A stretch of DNA of 64,000 bases. Source: the human T2T-CHM13v2.0 reference genome, Homo sapiens. The stretch lies in NCBI RefSeq assembly GCF_009914755.1, contig NC_060928.1. One strand, given 5' to 3'. The notes under the pieces were generated by a model. It was not told the DNA's origin. It did no database searches and saw nothing but the letters and a program-made list of their open reading frames with translations. A program made the position numbers and the translations under genes. This document shows positions 13,194 to 25,635 of the stretch, one piece after another. Numbering within the stretch: the first letter of the stretch is position 1; the number at the start of each line of letters is the position of its first letter.

Positions 13194-13603
13194 TGTGTTT
13201 TTCTGTTTTCTGTAGCTTATAACACAATACCTGAAACTGGGTAATTTATAAAGGAGAGGAATTTATTTCTTACAGTTATGAAGGCTGAGAAACCCAAGGT
13301 TGAGGGGCCTTATCTGGTGAGGGCCTTGTTGCTGGTGGGGATTCTGTAGAGTCCTGAGGTGGTACAGGGTATCACATGGTGAGGTGGCTGAGTGTGGTAG
13401 CTTAAGTCTCTCTTTCTCTTCTTATAAAGCCACAAGTCTCACTCCCATGAGAACCCACTAATCCATTAATAGATTCATACGTTCATGAGGGTAGAGCTGT
13501 TAGGACCCAATCACTTCTTAAAGGCGCTATTTCTCAAGACTGCCACATTGGACATTAAGTTTCAACATGAGTTTTGGAGGGGACAACCATTCAAAGCATA
13601 GCA
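13194..13603 (-). mobile_element. MaLR solo LTR (MSTC-like)
   Basis: cctgaaactgggtaatttataaag ... gtttcaacatgagttttggaggggacaaccattcaaagcatagca; 5-bp TSD GAGTC at 13189-13193 and 13604-13608. Confidence 0.9.
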
Positions 13604-13932
13604 GAGTCCTTTAATTGTCATAAGCTTTCCTAATTATTAGCTTTAGTATGATCTAAGCATCAATTTTACTTTGGTTTTCCAGCTTATAGAAGAGTACAGC
13701 ATACAGAAAAATATATCTTCTGCAAAGAAAACACAGTCATGTAGAGAACCTTTCCATCCCCAGTCTGGACCCAGGTAATGGGTCCTTGCTTAGAGGAATA
13801 TTTCTTCCACTCATATCATATTTCTTTTTGTTTCCCATTTTTTTTTTGTTTGAATAAAACTCATTTGGACTTTTCCTTTCTTCCACCAATAAAGAACATT
13901 ATTGACTTTTAATTATAATTTTAAAAACCCCA

Positions 13933-14223
13933 TTTTTTTGTGTTTTGGAAACAGGGTCTTACTCTGTTGCCTAGTCTGGAGTGCAGTGGCACAACCACGG
14001 CTCACTGCAATCTAGAACTCCTGAGCTCAAGCGATCTTCCCACCTCAGCCCTCTGAGTAGCTGGGACTACAGGCACATCCCATCACACCCAGCTAATTAT
14101 TTAGTTAAGAAATGGGTCTTGCTTTGTTGCCTGGGCTTGTCTTGAACTCCCGGGCTCAAGCAATCCTCCTACCTTAGCCTCCCAAAGGGCTGGGATTACA
14201 GACGTGAGTCCCTGTGCCTGGCC
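13933..14223 (-). mobile_element. Alu SINE (AluJ-like)
   Basis: acagggtcttactctgttgcc ... ggctcaagcaatcctcctaccttagcctcccaaagggctgggattacag ... gcctggcc. Confidence 0.92.
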
Positions 14224-14239
14224 ACAAAACATACTTTAA

Positions 14240-15320
14240 AATCTGTCTACATCTGCCTAGATTTCCAGTTGATGTTGTAGTCCATTAACTCTTTAATCTG
14301 CTATATCCAAACTGCTATTAAATCCATATATCAAATTCTTAATTTTTGTTACTTTATTTTGCAGTTCTCAAATTTCTATATGATTATTAAGTCTATTCCT
14401 TTGATGAAACTCCCCATCTTACCCTCTATTTCCTAAACATTTTAAGCACTTATTTTAATTCTGTGTTGCTAATGACAATATCTGCATCATCTGTGAGTCT
14501 TTTCCCATTGTCGATTTTTTGTGTTGTTCCTGTTTGTTGTGTTGTTGCTATATTTTGTATACCTGGTAGATTTTTGTTGAATGCCAGATACTGAATATAA
14601 AAAACCAGGGATGATGTGGATTGTGTTATAGTTTTCCTGAGAGAGTTTGCCCTGTCCTCTGGTTGGAAGCTATAGTGGAGGCAAATCACCTTAATCAAGT
14701 AAACGAGAAGACCAAATGCTGGGTTTCAGTCTTCTTAAGATTGGTTTCCTGCAGTGCTATAGCCCCTAAAGGTCTGGAATGAGAGTATGAAGTGTTCTCT
14801 GTTGCCCCTCTCCCTTAGTGAGTCATGGCCTCCAGTTTTGTCTTCTCAGCACTAAAAGATGTTTAAAAACTCTGATTTGATTTTCAACAGCTGTATGCTT
14901 GGCTTCCTAGCCTCTCACTCTAATCAGCTTACTTCAGAAAATGCCTTTATAGGAAAACGACCTTAGTATTGTGCTTACTTTTTCGCACCTCTCTTCTCTC
15001 CAGGCTTGTACTCATAAATCCTGGCTGCCTTCACAGCATCAACCTATAATTTTTTGTCCACCTCGACTTATGAATTATCAAGAGCTCTCTTAGATTATCT
15101 GCCTTTTAGCAGGGGCTGAGGATTATTAATATTCCAGTCCATATTTAGAATTGGCAAATGCCATTAAGGGTAAGTGACATTCAGAATTTGTCTCACCTTT
15201 CTACATTTCTCTTCTCTCCAGGATCTTGACACCTCAGATTCTTATCACTTTGGAAGCTCTCCCATGCCTTCAAACAAATGATTTTTTTTCTTTTTAAATT
15301 TTACTTTGCTTTTCTTATTG
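14240..15320 (-). mobile_element. Ancient L1M 5'-region remnant
   Basis: Degenerate similarity to antisense L1M 5'/ORF1 sequence (ctgctattaaatccatat ... ttcttaattt ... ttttgcagttctc; tttttgttgaatgccagata); boundaries approximate. Confidence 0.5.
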
Positions 15321-16399
15321 TTAATTGGTTAAACAGCCCCCTCTTGCATACCTCTTACATGTACATATAGTTTCTTCTACTTACTCTTAGGTCAATTTTA
15401 TTAAATCTGGAGGGAGATAGTAGATTATGAGGACCTAGGCAAGGAGGGTATAATGGACAGAGATGCCTTGCTTGATCAGCCTCTATTTCTCCTTCTTCCT
15501 AATATTATTTATTATTATTATTTGGAAAGCCACTACTGAGAAGTGGAAAGCCACTTTCAGTCCTTGTGTTTTTCGGTGGGATAAACCCAATTTCTGGGGT
15601 CTAAGAATGGGAGGTGGGTGGGTAGGTGTGACAGGCATGCTATTCAGGCTGGCCCATGACTATGTTCCATCTCTCCTATCAGAGGGCTTGACTCCAGGAA
15701 AGATATGGGACCCTAGTCAGCCCAAAGAGTGTCAGCACTGGACTTCTACGAAAGTTAGTGGGAAAGAGGTATTGTTTCCACTGAGGTTTCTCAGCTGGTA
15801 GATTTAAGGCCAGAGCTGCTAATGGTCTTTTTTGCCTTTGTATGTGTAGGACCTGTGAGAGAAAGCAGGGGAAGCAGAACCCTTTGATGGAGACAACAGA
15901 GTCAGGACAATATTATTTAAGTCTCCTAAATCCAAACATGCCTGAAGCTATAAGTTACTTCTGAAATTTAAAAATTTATAAATAAATTATTTTTCTTCTC
16001 CATAAGCCACTTATCGCTAAAATAGGCCTGACTATGTGGAGAGTACCAGTAGGTGTGAGGGAGGGGAGACAGATGAAGTGACATCTCAATAGAACTCGCT
16101 GATTTGATTGGCTGAAGATGGAGCGTGTGGGAGAAAGAGGAGACAGATAAATGTGAAGTTATTTAAATGATTTATGATGCTTTTAACCCATGGAAAGATA
16201 TGATTGATGTAGAAACAACTTTTCCTTTTACATATCCAATCCACATATAAAAACATATTTAAGTCATAAACTGTAAGGATGGTAAACTAGAAATTTGTGG
16301 CTGCTTCTCTGTAGCAAAGTTTTTTCTTTAATTATTGTTGGCTTAAAATTTTTGATACGTTATATCTCTAAGGGTATACAAAGTAACTTGTTGAATTTG

Positions 16400-16612
16400 C
16401 AAAGTGCTTTGTAGATTTCAAATTACTTTGGAGTCTGTCATTTGACCCTCACAAGAACCATATAGTAGGTGGAAGAGTTAACATCGTCCCTTATTTACCA
16501 ATGAGTGTACTGAGGTACAGAGAGGTTAACATAGTTAACTAAGGAAACCGAGCAAATATCTTGGAAGGATGGTATGAGAACCCAAATTTGCCAGTCCAGT
16601 GCTTTACCATAT
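16400..16612 (-). mobile_element. MIR SINE
   Basis: catttgaccctcacaagaacc ... ttaccaatgagtgtactgaggtacagagaggttaa ... gaacccaaattt ... gtccagtgcttt. Confidence 0.7.
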
Positions 16613-18641
16613 ATCATTCGGTTCTCCGATTCCTAGTAATTATAGTTACTTATAATCAATGATAAAATTATAGCCAGTGACCAAGTTACCCAGTAACATT
16701 CCAAAAATGGCATCACATTTTCTTTTAAGCATTATAAAATATATTTAATCAAGTCAGAGCTATTCTAAAAGAAAAGTAATAACTAGAACGATCTTGGATG
16801 ACTGGCTTAGCCAGAGTCCCCATGTAGATCTGAGTGCTCATTGTGGGTCATGGCCACTTTCTTGTATCTCAAATATCCTCTGCAATTCTGGAAGGGGGAG
16901 AAGGTAAAAATAGGAGAGGATTCTGGCTCAAAGGGGGAGTGTTCTGTAAATTGGAATGATCACTTTAGATGGTGAAACATTTTCTTGCTAGTTATGTAAT
17001 TCTGATATGCTTTTAACTTCCAGTTCCTAGGAAAGAAGTTGTTTCAACTCTCATTGGAGGAAGTATAAGGTGATCTCAGGGAAGGGGAGAAGGGCTGGTT
17101 GCCTGCCAAATCTATGATCAAGTCGGCTCCACAGTCAGTTGAGTAACCCGGAGTTATATATATGAGAAATTTTGGCCAGGAGAAAGGTGTAAATAGGTTA
17201 AGTAAATTGACAAGGAACAACATATTGGGTCATTAGTCAAAACTCATCATGTGGTCTACATAACATAAACATCAACATAAATGCAACTCATTTTCCCAAA
17301 TAGCTACACACTTCATTTTCAAGTGCTAACAAAATGGGGCTTGATTTCAATTAATACTAAATAATTTTATGCCATTTCCAAATTTTCATTTCTTTGTGGG
17401 AATGTAGGAAATGTTGAGACTAATGCAAAGACTTTCTGAACACAAGAAAAGGCTTTACTTTGTATAATTATCTGGTTTGATGTTCTATTGCTACGTGAAA
17501 GTGTTTACATCATGTGGTTTCAGAACCAAAACTGTGTATTGAATTTCATCCAAATCATTTAGTTAAGTCTAAGTTTACAAAGGAAACTAATGATCTGGCT
17601 TTATTTCAATGTATTGATTCTGGATTCATGAGAGTGTGTCAAAACGCGATTATATACTCTCTCATTTCTGTACAAGCTCCCTACCTTAAGCTTACCCCTG
17701 CTAAGAAATCCTTGGTGTATTGATTCTTCATTTCATCTTAAACTAGTACTTAGGTAAAAATATGATTAGGGCCCTTTTTCTTCACTTGAGAAAAGAAGAG
17801 ACAGTAATTCGTGTGATAAATCAATATTATTCCAAATAAAAACAAAAAGCAAATTCTAGAAATGGCAAACCAATGTTGGATTTGGACAAGACTTTGTGGA
17901 ACTTAGGATGATTGAGATCTGTCTAGCATCTCAGGTGCCCTCTTCAATTTTGGCAGAGGCAGAGGTGGAAATGGGGAGAGGACTCTGGCTCAGGCTGGAG
18001 AGGGGCTTCCACAAATTGACAAATGTCACTCTACATAGTTTTGAAAACAGAAAACGACCTTGCTTTATAAAATTCTGTGGTTTGATGTTCTGTTGCTTTG
18101 TGAAATACTTTTTAGAATATATATTAGATATCTATATATCATTATATATTATATGATAGGAAGAGGGGCAGAAAAAGAATTGGTTTCTTATCACTAACTC
18201 TCTAACAAAATATTTCCTTTCTTACTTCACCTGAAATTGGGTGCTTAAGGGAGGGGATGGGAAGATGAGGCAGCTGGGAAAGTTCAGGCTGGGTGACAAG
18301 AAAAGTAGGAAGAAGACAGATGGTGTTTTTCAGAATAGATGGCCTCTGATCAGAAGTAGAGGCATCATATTGACGTTGCCAAAAAGATGGGCTCTCAAGC
18401 TCTCTCCTACTGTAGTTTTAAAAATAAACTATTCTTGTTTTATACAAATTAGAACATGTCCTAAAAATATGTTGGGTGCTCAGGTGCTGTACTCATAATG
18501 CTCACTAGTTAGCAACCTATCTGACACTTTATACCTTAATTGAAGGCCCCAATTAAATGCTAATAGAAGTTGCCTTTGATTTTGCTGGAATTTTGTGTAT
18601 TTCTTATTTTAATGGAATACTTCATATATATGTTTTACTTC

Positions 18642-18990
18642 AAGTAGGAGGTAGGATGGTTGTCTCCAGAGGGTAGGGTGTGGGGGAGGGAGGGAATGGG
18701 GAGCTGTTGATCAAAGGGTACAAAGTTTCACCTAAAGAGGAAGAATAGGTTTTGAGATCTATTGCACAGCAGGGTGACTATAGCCAATAATAATGTATTT
18801 ATGTCTCAAAATAACTAAGAACAAATTTGAAATATCTCACCATAAAAAATAATGGGTAATCAAGGGGATGAATATATTAATTAGTTTGGTTTAATCATTC
18901 CACATTGTATTCATGTAGCAAAACATCACATTGTATCCCATAAATGTATATAATTGCAATTTGTCAATCAAAAATAATATTAATAATTTA
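18642..18990 (+). mobile_element. L1MA-type LINE 3' end
   Basis: ggatggttgtctccagagg ... ttgatcaaagggtacaaagtttca ... gcacagcagggtgactatag ... aaaacatcacattgtatcccataaat ... ttgtcaatcaaaaataa. Confidence 0.85.
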
Positions 18991-19469
18991 AAATTTTTAT
19001 TTCTTTGTCTCGACTTTATCCTTCTAAGTAGGAATTGTACATATGTCATAGCTAATATTATTTTTTCTTAGTCTTAAAAATACATCTACAGTTTCTCTGT
19101 TAAGTGTGATGTTTGTTATAAAGTTTTGGTAGTTAGCCTTTAACAATTTCTTTTTTCATAATTAGGCTTTTAATTTTTGTCCACTTTTTCTTGGGCCAAT
19201 TCTGGTAATTTATATTGACAATTTAGTATTATATGTATAATCATGTAACATACGTTATATATGACAACTTGGACCTTCATATAAAACCAGTTATGTAACT
19301 CGTTTCAAATTCATGGTGTTCTTTTATGGATGAGGATATTTTGACTCTCACACACCCAAATACTGCTATGTATCCTAGTTGCCTGTTTCTTTTAGGACAC
19401 CTCTGCTAGTGGTGTACAGAACTTCCACTCTTTTGTGTTAGAGAATTATGCACTTATTAATACATTTTG

Positions 19470-20858
19470 TATTTTTTTTGTTTTTATTTTTTTCTTATTT
19501 CGATAGCTTTTGGGGTACAAGTGGTTTTTGGTTACATGGATGAAATACATAGTGGTGAATTGTGAAATTTTAGTGCACTCCTCACCCGAGTTGTGTACAT
19601 TGTACCCAATATGTAGTTTTTTGTCCCTCACCCCTCTTCCACCCACCCGCTTCTGAGTCTCCAAAGTCCATTATATAACTCAATTTGCCTTTGTGTACTT
19701 AATAGCTTTGCTTCCACTTATAAGTGAGAACATACAGTGTTTGGTTTTTCATTCCTGAGTTACTTCACCTAGAATAATGGCCTCCAGCTCCATCCAAGTT
19801 GCTGCAGAAGACATTATTTCATTCCTTTTATGGCTGAGTAGTATTCCATGGTGCGTATATACCACATTTTCTTTATCCACTCATTGGTTGATGGACACTT
19901 AGATTGGTTCTATATCTTTGCAATTGTGAATTGGGTTGCAATAGACATATGTGTTCATGTGTCTTTTTCATATCATGATTTCTTTTCCTTTGGGTAGATA
20001 CCCAGTAGTGGGATTTCTGGATCAAATGGTTAGATCTACTTTCAGTTCTTTAAGGAATCTCCATACCGTTTTCCAACGTTGTACTAATTTACATTCCCAC
20101 CAGCAGTGTATAAACATGCCACTTTCACCAGATCCAGGTCAACATCTACTGTTTTCTGACTTTTTAATTATGGCCATTCTTGCAAGGAGTAAGGTGGTAT
20201 CTTTTCCTTTGGGTAGATGCCCAGTAGTAGAACTGCTGGATTGAAGGATAGATTTACTTTTAGTTTTTTAAGAAATCACCATACTGTTTTCCATAGAGGT
20301 TGTAATTCTTCTTTTCTGATTTGGATGCCCTTTATTTATTTCTCTGGCCTGATGGCTCTGGCCAGGACTTCCAGTCTTAAGTTGAATAGAAGGAGTGAAA
20401 GTGGGCATCCTGGGCTTGTTTCAGTTCTCAGGGGAAATGCTTTCAACTTTTCCCCATTTAGTATGATGTTGCCTGTGGGTTTGTCATATATGGCTTTTAT
20501 TAACTTGAGGTAAGTAGCTTCTATGCCTAGTTTCTTGAGAGTTTTTATCATAAAGCGATGCTAAATTTTATCAAGTGCTTTTTCTGCATCTATTGAGATG
20601 ATCATATGGTTTTGTTTTTAATTCTGGTTATGCAGTGTATCACAAATTTATTGATTTGCATATGTTAGACCCTCCGTGCATCCCTAGGGTGAAACCCGCT
20701 TGATCGTGGTGTATTATCTTTATGATGTGCTGCTGTATTTGCTTAGTAAATACTTTCTGGGGATTTTTGCATCTATGTTCATTGGGGATATTGGTCTGTA
20801 GTTTTCTTTTTTTGTTATGTCCTTTCCTGGTTTGGGGATTAGGGTGATACTGGCTTCA
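19470..20858 (-). mobile_element. L1PB-type LINE fragment (3' UTR plus ORF2 remnants), internally rearranged
   Basis: L1PB 3' end ttttggggtacaagtggtttttggttacatggatg; ORF 20336-20551(-) encodes [35 protein letters not shown], a typical L1 ORF2p reverse-transcriptase segment. Confidence 0.92.
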
Positions 20859-21322
20859 TTCTCTTATTTCTATGTGACTGGTATGCAGAGATAAGGGTTT
20901 CACCATTTGTACAAATTTGCAGTTTTAATGTGAAATATGATTTTTAGCCATTTGATATTTTTTTCTTTCTTAATAAATTGAATGAATATACACACACCTA
21001 TTTTGATGCTGTGTGCATTTAAAACCTCATGTACTTTGTCACTTTAGCTTTATATTGCAGATTCCCTTACTCTATTGTCTGGACTTACTTCTGCCCACCA
21101 TTTTGCTTACTCTGTAGGCTCAAGGGGTGAATGCCAGGGATGAGGTAAAATTTTGGTTATATATATGACTGATTTTTTACAAAGATGAAATTAAAATTAT
21201 TTCTTTAGGGCCATGTAATATCACCCAAATCATGTTGGTCAGAGTACAAACTTTCACTTACAAGATGAGTAAGTTCTGGGAATCTAATATGCAGCGTGAT
21301 GACAATAGTTAATAATACTGTA

Positions 21323-21891
21323 CAGATGTTCCTTGACTTACAATGGAGTTATGTTCCAACAGATTCAGTGTAAGCTGAAAATATTTTAACTCAGGGGTGT
21401 CCCATCTTTTGGCTTCCCTGGGCCACGCTGGAAGGATTGTCTTGGGTCACACATAAAATACACTAGCACTATCGAAAGATGATGAGCTAAGAAAAATCAC
21501 ACAAAAGAATCTCATAATGTTTTAAGAAAATTTACAAATTTATGTTGGGCCTCATTCAAAGCCATACTGGGCTGCCTGTTGCCCATGGGCCATGGGTTTG
21601 ACAAGCTTGTTGTAACTTAGAAATGTATTTAATACACCTAGGCTACAGAATATCATAGGTTAGCCTAGCCTACTTTAAATACGCCCAGAACACTTATATT
21701 AGTGTACTTGGGCAAAATCACCTAACACAAAGCCTATTTAGTAATAAAGTGCTGAATATCTCATGTAATTTATTGAATACTGTACTGAAAGTGAAAAACG
21801 GAATGGTTATATGAGTACTTAAAATGCAGTTTCTACTGACTGACTTTTACACCATCTTAAAATTGAAAAATTTTAAGTAGAGAACTGTCTG
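21323..21891 (+). mobile_element. MER47A-like TcMar-Tigger MITE (interrupted by MER30)
   Basis: Starts cagatgttccttgacttacaatgg and ends actgtctg; TA duplicated on both sides; internal ttagcctagcctac ... gggcaaaatcacctaacacaaagcctattt. Confidence 0.85.
21392..21609 (+). mobile_element. MER30 hAT-Charlie MITE
   Basis: caggggtgtcccatcttttggcttccctgggccac ... gggtttgacaagcttg; 8-bp TSD ttttaact / ttgtaact. Confidence 0.92.
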
Positions 21892-22023
21892 TATTGTATT
21901 CTTGAAATCTGCTAAAAGAGCAGGCCTTAAAAGTTCTCACTACACACCCAGGTAACTATGTGAAGTGATGGAGGTGTCGACTAACTTGATATCACTTCAC
22001 AATGTTTACATATATCAAAGCAT

Positions 22024-22624
22024 TGTAACTCAATTGCAGATTCAGTCACTCGATGCTTGCCGAGTCCAGTTTACAAGGGTGAGGTCTGATATAAAGAAAG
22101 TGACTTTTTAATCGAAAGTTTAGCTTATGGAAAGAAGTCCAGGCTCTTGCCTTTAAAGGCACTGCTTCACTTTTGGGGCAGAAAGCCAGAGCTTTTAAAG
22201 GGGAACTTGGCGTGAATGGCAGGCAGGGAAGGAGCAGTTGGGGGTCTAGGCGACTTGCTTTGTTGCCTTATCTACCCAGGGGTTGAGCTAGTGCTAGACT
22301 GTAAGGTGGCTGTGGTCTGGAGATACTCTCCAGATGGGAGAGAGTTTCCTGTGGGCAAACTTTAGGTTGTAAATTGACTCTTGTCTCTAGAGACAATCTT
22401 CTGGTGGGAGAGATTTCCAGCTCTGGGGCTTCTAGGTATGCACACAGTTAGATGAGCTTGTCCTGTAGTGTCTGGTGAAGGGAAGGTAGAGGTTCTAATT
22501 GCATTTCTAAAGAGTTAAGTGGGAAGTGGGGAACAGGGGCAGAGGAGGAAAGAGAAAAAAAGAAAAAAAATTTAAAAAATAACTCGTTCTCTTTCTCTTA
22601 GGGAAATGGCAGTTCTGGGTTACA
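22024..22624 (-). mobile_element. ERV1-class solo LTR (subfamily not assigned)
   Basis: 601 bp bounded by tgtaac...gttaca inverted termini; 4-bp TSD GCAT at 22020-22023 and 22625-22628; strand assignment tentative. Confidence 0.8.
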
Positions 22625-22640
22625 GCATCCCATTGTACAC

Positions 22641-22870
22641 AAAACTTGTCTAACCCACGGCCCATGAGCTGCAAGAAGCCCAGGAAGGCTTTGACTGTGG
22701 CTCAACACATTCAAAGAAAGTTTGTAAACTTTCTTTAAACATTATGAGATTATTTTGCGGTTTTTTTTTTTTAAGCTCATCAGCTGTCATTAGTGTTAGT
22801 GTATTTTATGTGTGATCCAAAACAATTCTTCCTATGTGGCCCAGGGAAGCCAAAAGATTGGACACCCTTG
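22641..22870 (-). mobile_element. MER30 hAT-Charlie MITE
   Basis: aaacttgtctaacccacggcccatg ... gtggcccagggaagccaaaagattggacacccttg; 8-bp TSD ttgtacac / ctgtacac. Confidence 0.92.
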
Positions 22871-24505
22871 CTGTACACCTTAAATACAGAGTTTTGTGTT
22901 TCAATTTTCCCTCAGTTAAGCTGGGAAAAAGTTGCCATACCCAAAAATGACACATAAAATAGCTGTGTCAAATTTTTATTTTAATCTTGAATGTCTTTCT
23001 TTTACAATAAATAAACTTCTCTCACATGATTTTTTAATAGTTTCAGAGTGTTTCATTTTATGGATATTTCAGAACTCAATAAGTTCCTATTTATTTATTT
23101 ATTTATTTGGACACTGTGGCAGCGTCTAATTTTTGCTAAATCTTGAGACACATTCTTAAATTTCAAAGCTGGAATTACTGAGTCTAGTGGGTCTTAAGAC
23201 ATATTGTTATCTGCCTCTCAAGAAGGTTTTGACTCACTTCAAATGAAGTCAAACATCTTCTCCATGTATTTAACATTCAAATATTTTGCATGTGTGATTG
23301 TTGTCTTTGCTTATTTTTTGAGTTTTCACTGAGTTACAACAATTCTTTGGTTTACTATAAAAAGAGAAAAAAATCATTATGAGCCAAATGGATTTTGAGA
23401 AATATAATCTGAGTTTTCTCTTTACAGAGGTTTTTGTTTTGTTTTTGCCTAGAGCATAGGGTTAACTGGACTAATTTACACTTTTCCATTAGCTTTATCT
23501 TATTCAGGATAATATGAGCCAGTTTTCTTAACCCTAATAGGGCATATTTCTGTTTTTTCTTAACTCGTTCTTTTTCTAGTGTATTGCTAAGTTTTCCAAT
23601 TTAGTTCTTGCCTTAAAAATGACGTTGTCTAACATTATAATTGTAAAATACTGGAAAATGGTTTTGTCATTCTTGCTGCAGGCAGTCAACAACTCAAGGT
23701 GACTGACCACTAGGTTAGCTGGAAGTACATCTTGATTGGTACAGATTCCGGTTTCTAAGTGAATAAGCAGAGAACACACTGAGTGCCTGACGATGTGACA
23801 TGCTATCATGTCACATGAAACTATCAGAACTTGCTAGGGTTCCAGATCCTGCACTAGAAATTCCTCCCAGATGAGGGTTTTTTTTTTTTTCCCCCTCCTG
23901 TGAGAAATAAACCAGAAGAAAGGAGAAGATGGATTTTTGCAATTTAGTTTCATGATTTTAAGGACCAAATCTCAACTTTATTTCTCTAGAATAGGAAATA
24001 GAGATATCATTGTCATCTTATGTTTTTTCTCACTTGATCTGATCTATGATCTGTTGAAACTTGATCATCTGTTCTTGCAAGTGAGGTTTGTTGCTACATT
24101 TCTGAACTTCAAAATTAGAAAAATAATATCCTGAAGCTTCTAATACTTACAGTTGAGCAGACTTTATATTCTGTTTACACTTACCATTTTACATAAATCT
24201 TTATGCCTTTTATTTAGAAGACAAGATAAAAATTAAAAGAGAAAAAATATCCCACATATACATAATACCTCTCTATGGACTATTCTTTTGTGGGATAAGG
24301 TAGGTGGGAGAATGGGAGAGTAGCAGGCCCATTAGAATACAAAACATGTAAGTAACTATTATTTTTAAATTGGGGCCACTTGTACACCAAGATATGATTG
24401 CCTTTTTAAGAGATCCATGTTCTAGAGAACTGATTTCCTTAAATAACTCATTTCTGTTTCCAAGTTTCTACTCACAAATGTACTAATGTCCTAAAGGGCA
24501 TGAAG

Positions 24506-24508
<3 letters not shown>

Positions 24509-24552
<44 letters not shown>
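24509..24552. repeat. (AT)22 microsatellite
   Basis: Perfect AT dinucleotide run of 44 nt. Confidence 0.97.
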
Positions 24553-24555
<3 letters not shown>

Positions 24556-25566
24556 GAACAGTGATACAGTAAATATGAACAGTAATATAGTAAATCACTG
24601 TTCTTCAAAATATATATAAACAGAGATATAGTAAATCACTGTTCTTTTATAAACTGGGACCTTATTCTATTTTTTATCCCTATAATAATATATTTTATAA
24701 CTTCTGTTTAGAATATTGGCAGATAATAGAACTTGATTGCCTGATTTTCAATTTAAACACTTATCAATCAAATACATAAGTACTTGTTCAGGGTGGAGAA
24801 AAGTTAATACTTTATATTATCTATGTATCTCTGAAAGACAAGAAAGTTTCTGTACATTTACAGACTACAAATATAGAAGTTAAAGCAAATGCCTTCTAGC
24901 TGGCATAATCTTAGGAAAAAAGCAGACTAAAGTATTATAAATTGGTAGCAGAAGATGTGTAAAGACAAGACATGATCACCTAGATAATATAAATCAATTT
25001 TCTATTCTTTTGCTGAAGCCTAGACCCCACACGGCAGCCTGATGTAATTCCATTACCATGCTTAATTACTTGGCACTTGTATAGCCTTTTTATTTTTGTG
25101 TTACTGTTATTCCTGGTAAATCATTCAGAAGAAATAAATTAGCTTGCCACTCAAAATTAACTACTATGGTGCATTGCTGCCCCACCCCGCAAAAGATGAG
25201 TTGACAGCTACTGGGCGTTAATCTAGCCATTTTTTGATAACAGAGTATCTCTTTGCACATAGTTATGAGAGTTATAAACATTCCAAATGTAATTATCTCA
25301 GTCCTTTACAACTTGAAAGTCTAATTAAAGAAAGTTTAAGACACTATAAATCTTAAGGAATTAGGTTTATAATGTGGAACCCAGTCAGAGTTTGGGATTA
25401 CATTGGAAAGTGAGTATATTGAAAAGGATTGCAGAAACATTTCTCTCAGCCAGAATTTAATTGCTCAGAAAACTGAATTTCAGTAGAATAGATGAAAAGT
25501 GTTAGGCAGAGAGACTCAGACCTATGACTGCTGAAGAAAGAGCTAATTCCATATCCCTTTTTCTAG

Positions 25567-25635
25567 ATGCCCTGGAATACACTTGTGTCAGTGACAAATG
25601 CTGCTTTGCTGTGCTACACCGAGTACAAGGTCGTG
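25567..25635 (+). other. Candidate spliced exon (69 nt), unverified
   Basis: Branch-like gctaat, acceptor ccatatccctttttctAG, donor GTG|GTAAGA, in apparently unique sequence. Confidence 0.3.

Larger units (their letters stand above)
21235..22931 (+). mobile_element. L1M(B)-type 3' end, split by three insertions (one of which carries a fourth)
   Basis: Pieces rejoin as ...aataatactgTAttgtattcttgaaat...atatatcaaagcatcccattgtacaccttaaatac...caattttccctcagttaagctgggaaaaa. Confidence 0.8.

Noticed and set aside
20336-20551. Reverse-transcriptase-like peptide
   Set aside because: A 71-aa remnant of L1 ORF2 in a truncated, rearranged L1PB; not an intact RT or a new retroelement system.
21384-22878. 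Composite transposon bounded by the two inverted MER30s
   Set aside because: The outer flanks (ttttaact and ctgtacac) are not a shared TSD, each MER30 has its own TSD, and the host L1 runs continuously through the block.
23797-23813. p53 response element (two CATG cores)
   Set aside because: The cores are 4 nt apart rather than 6, and the flanks do not fit RRRCWWGYYY.
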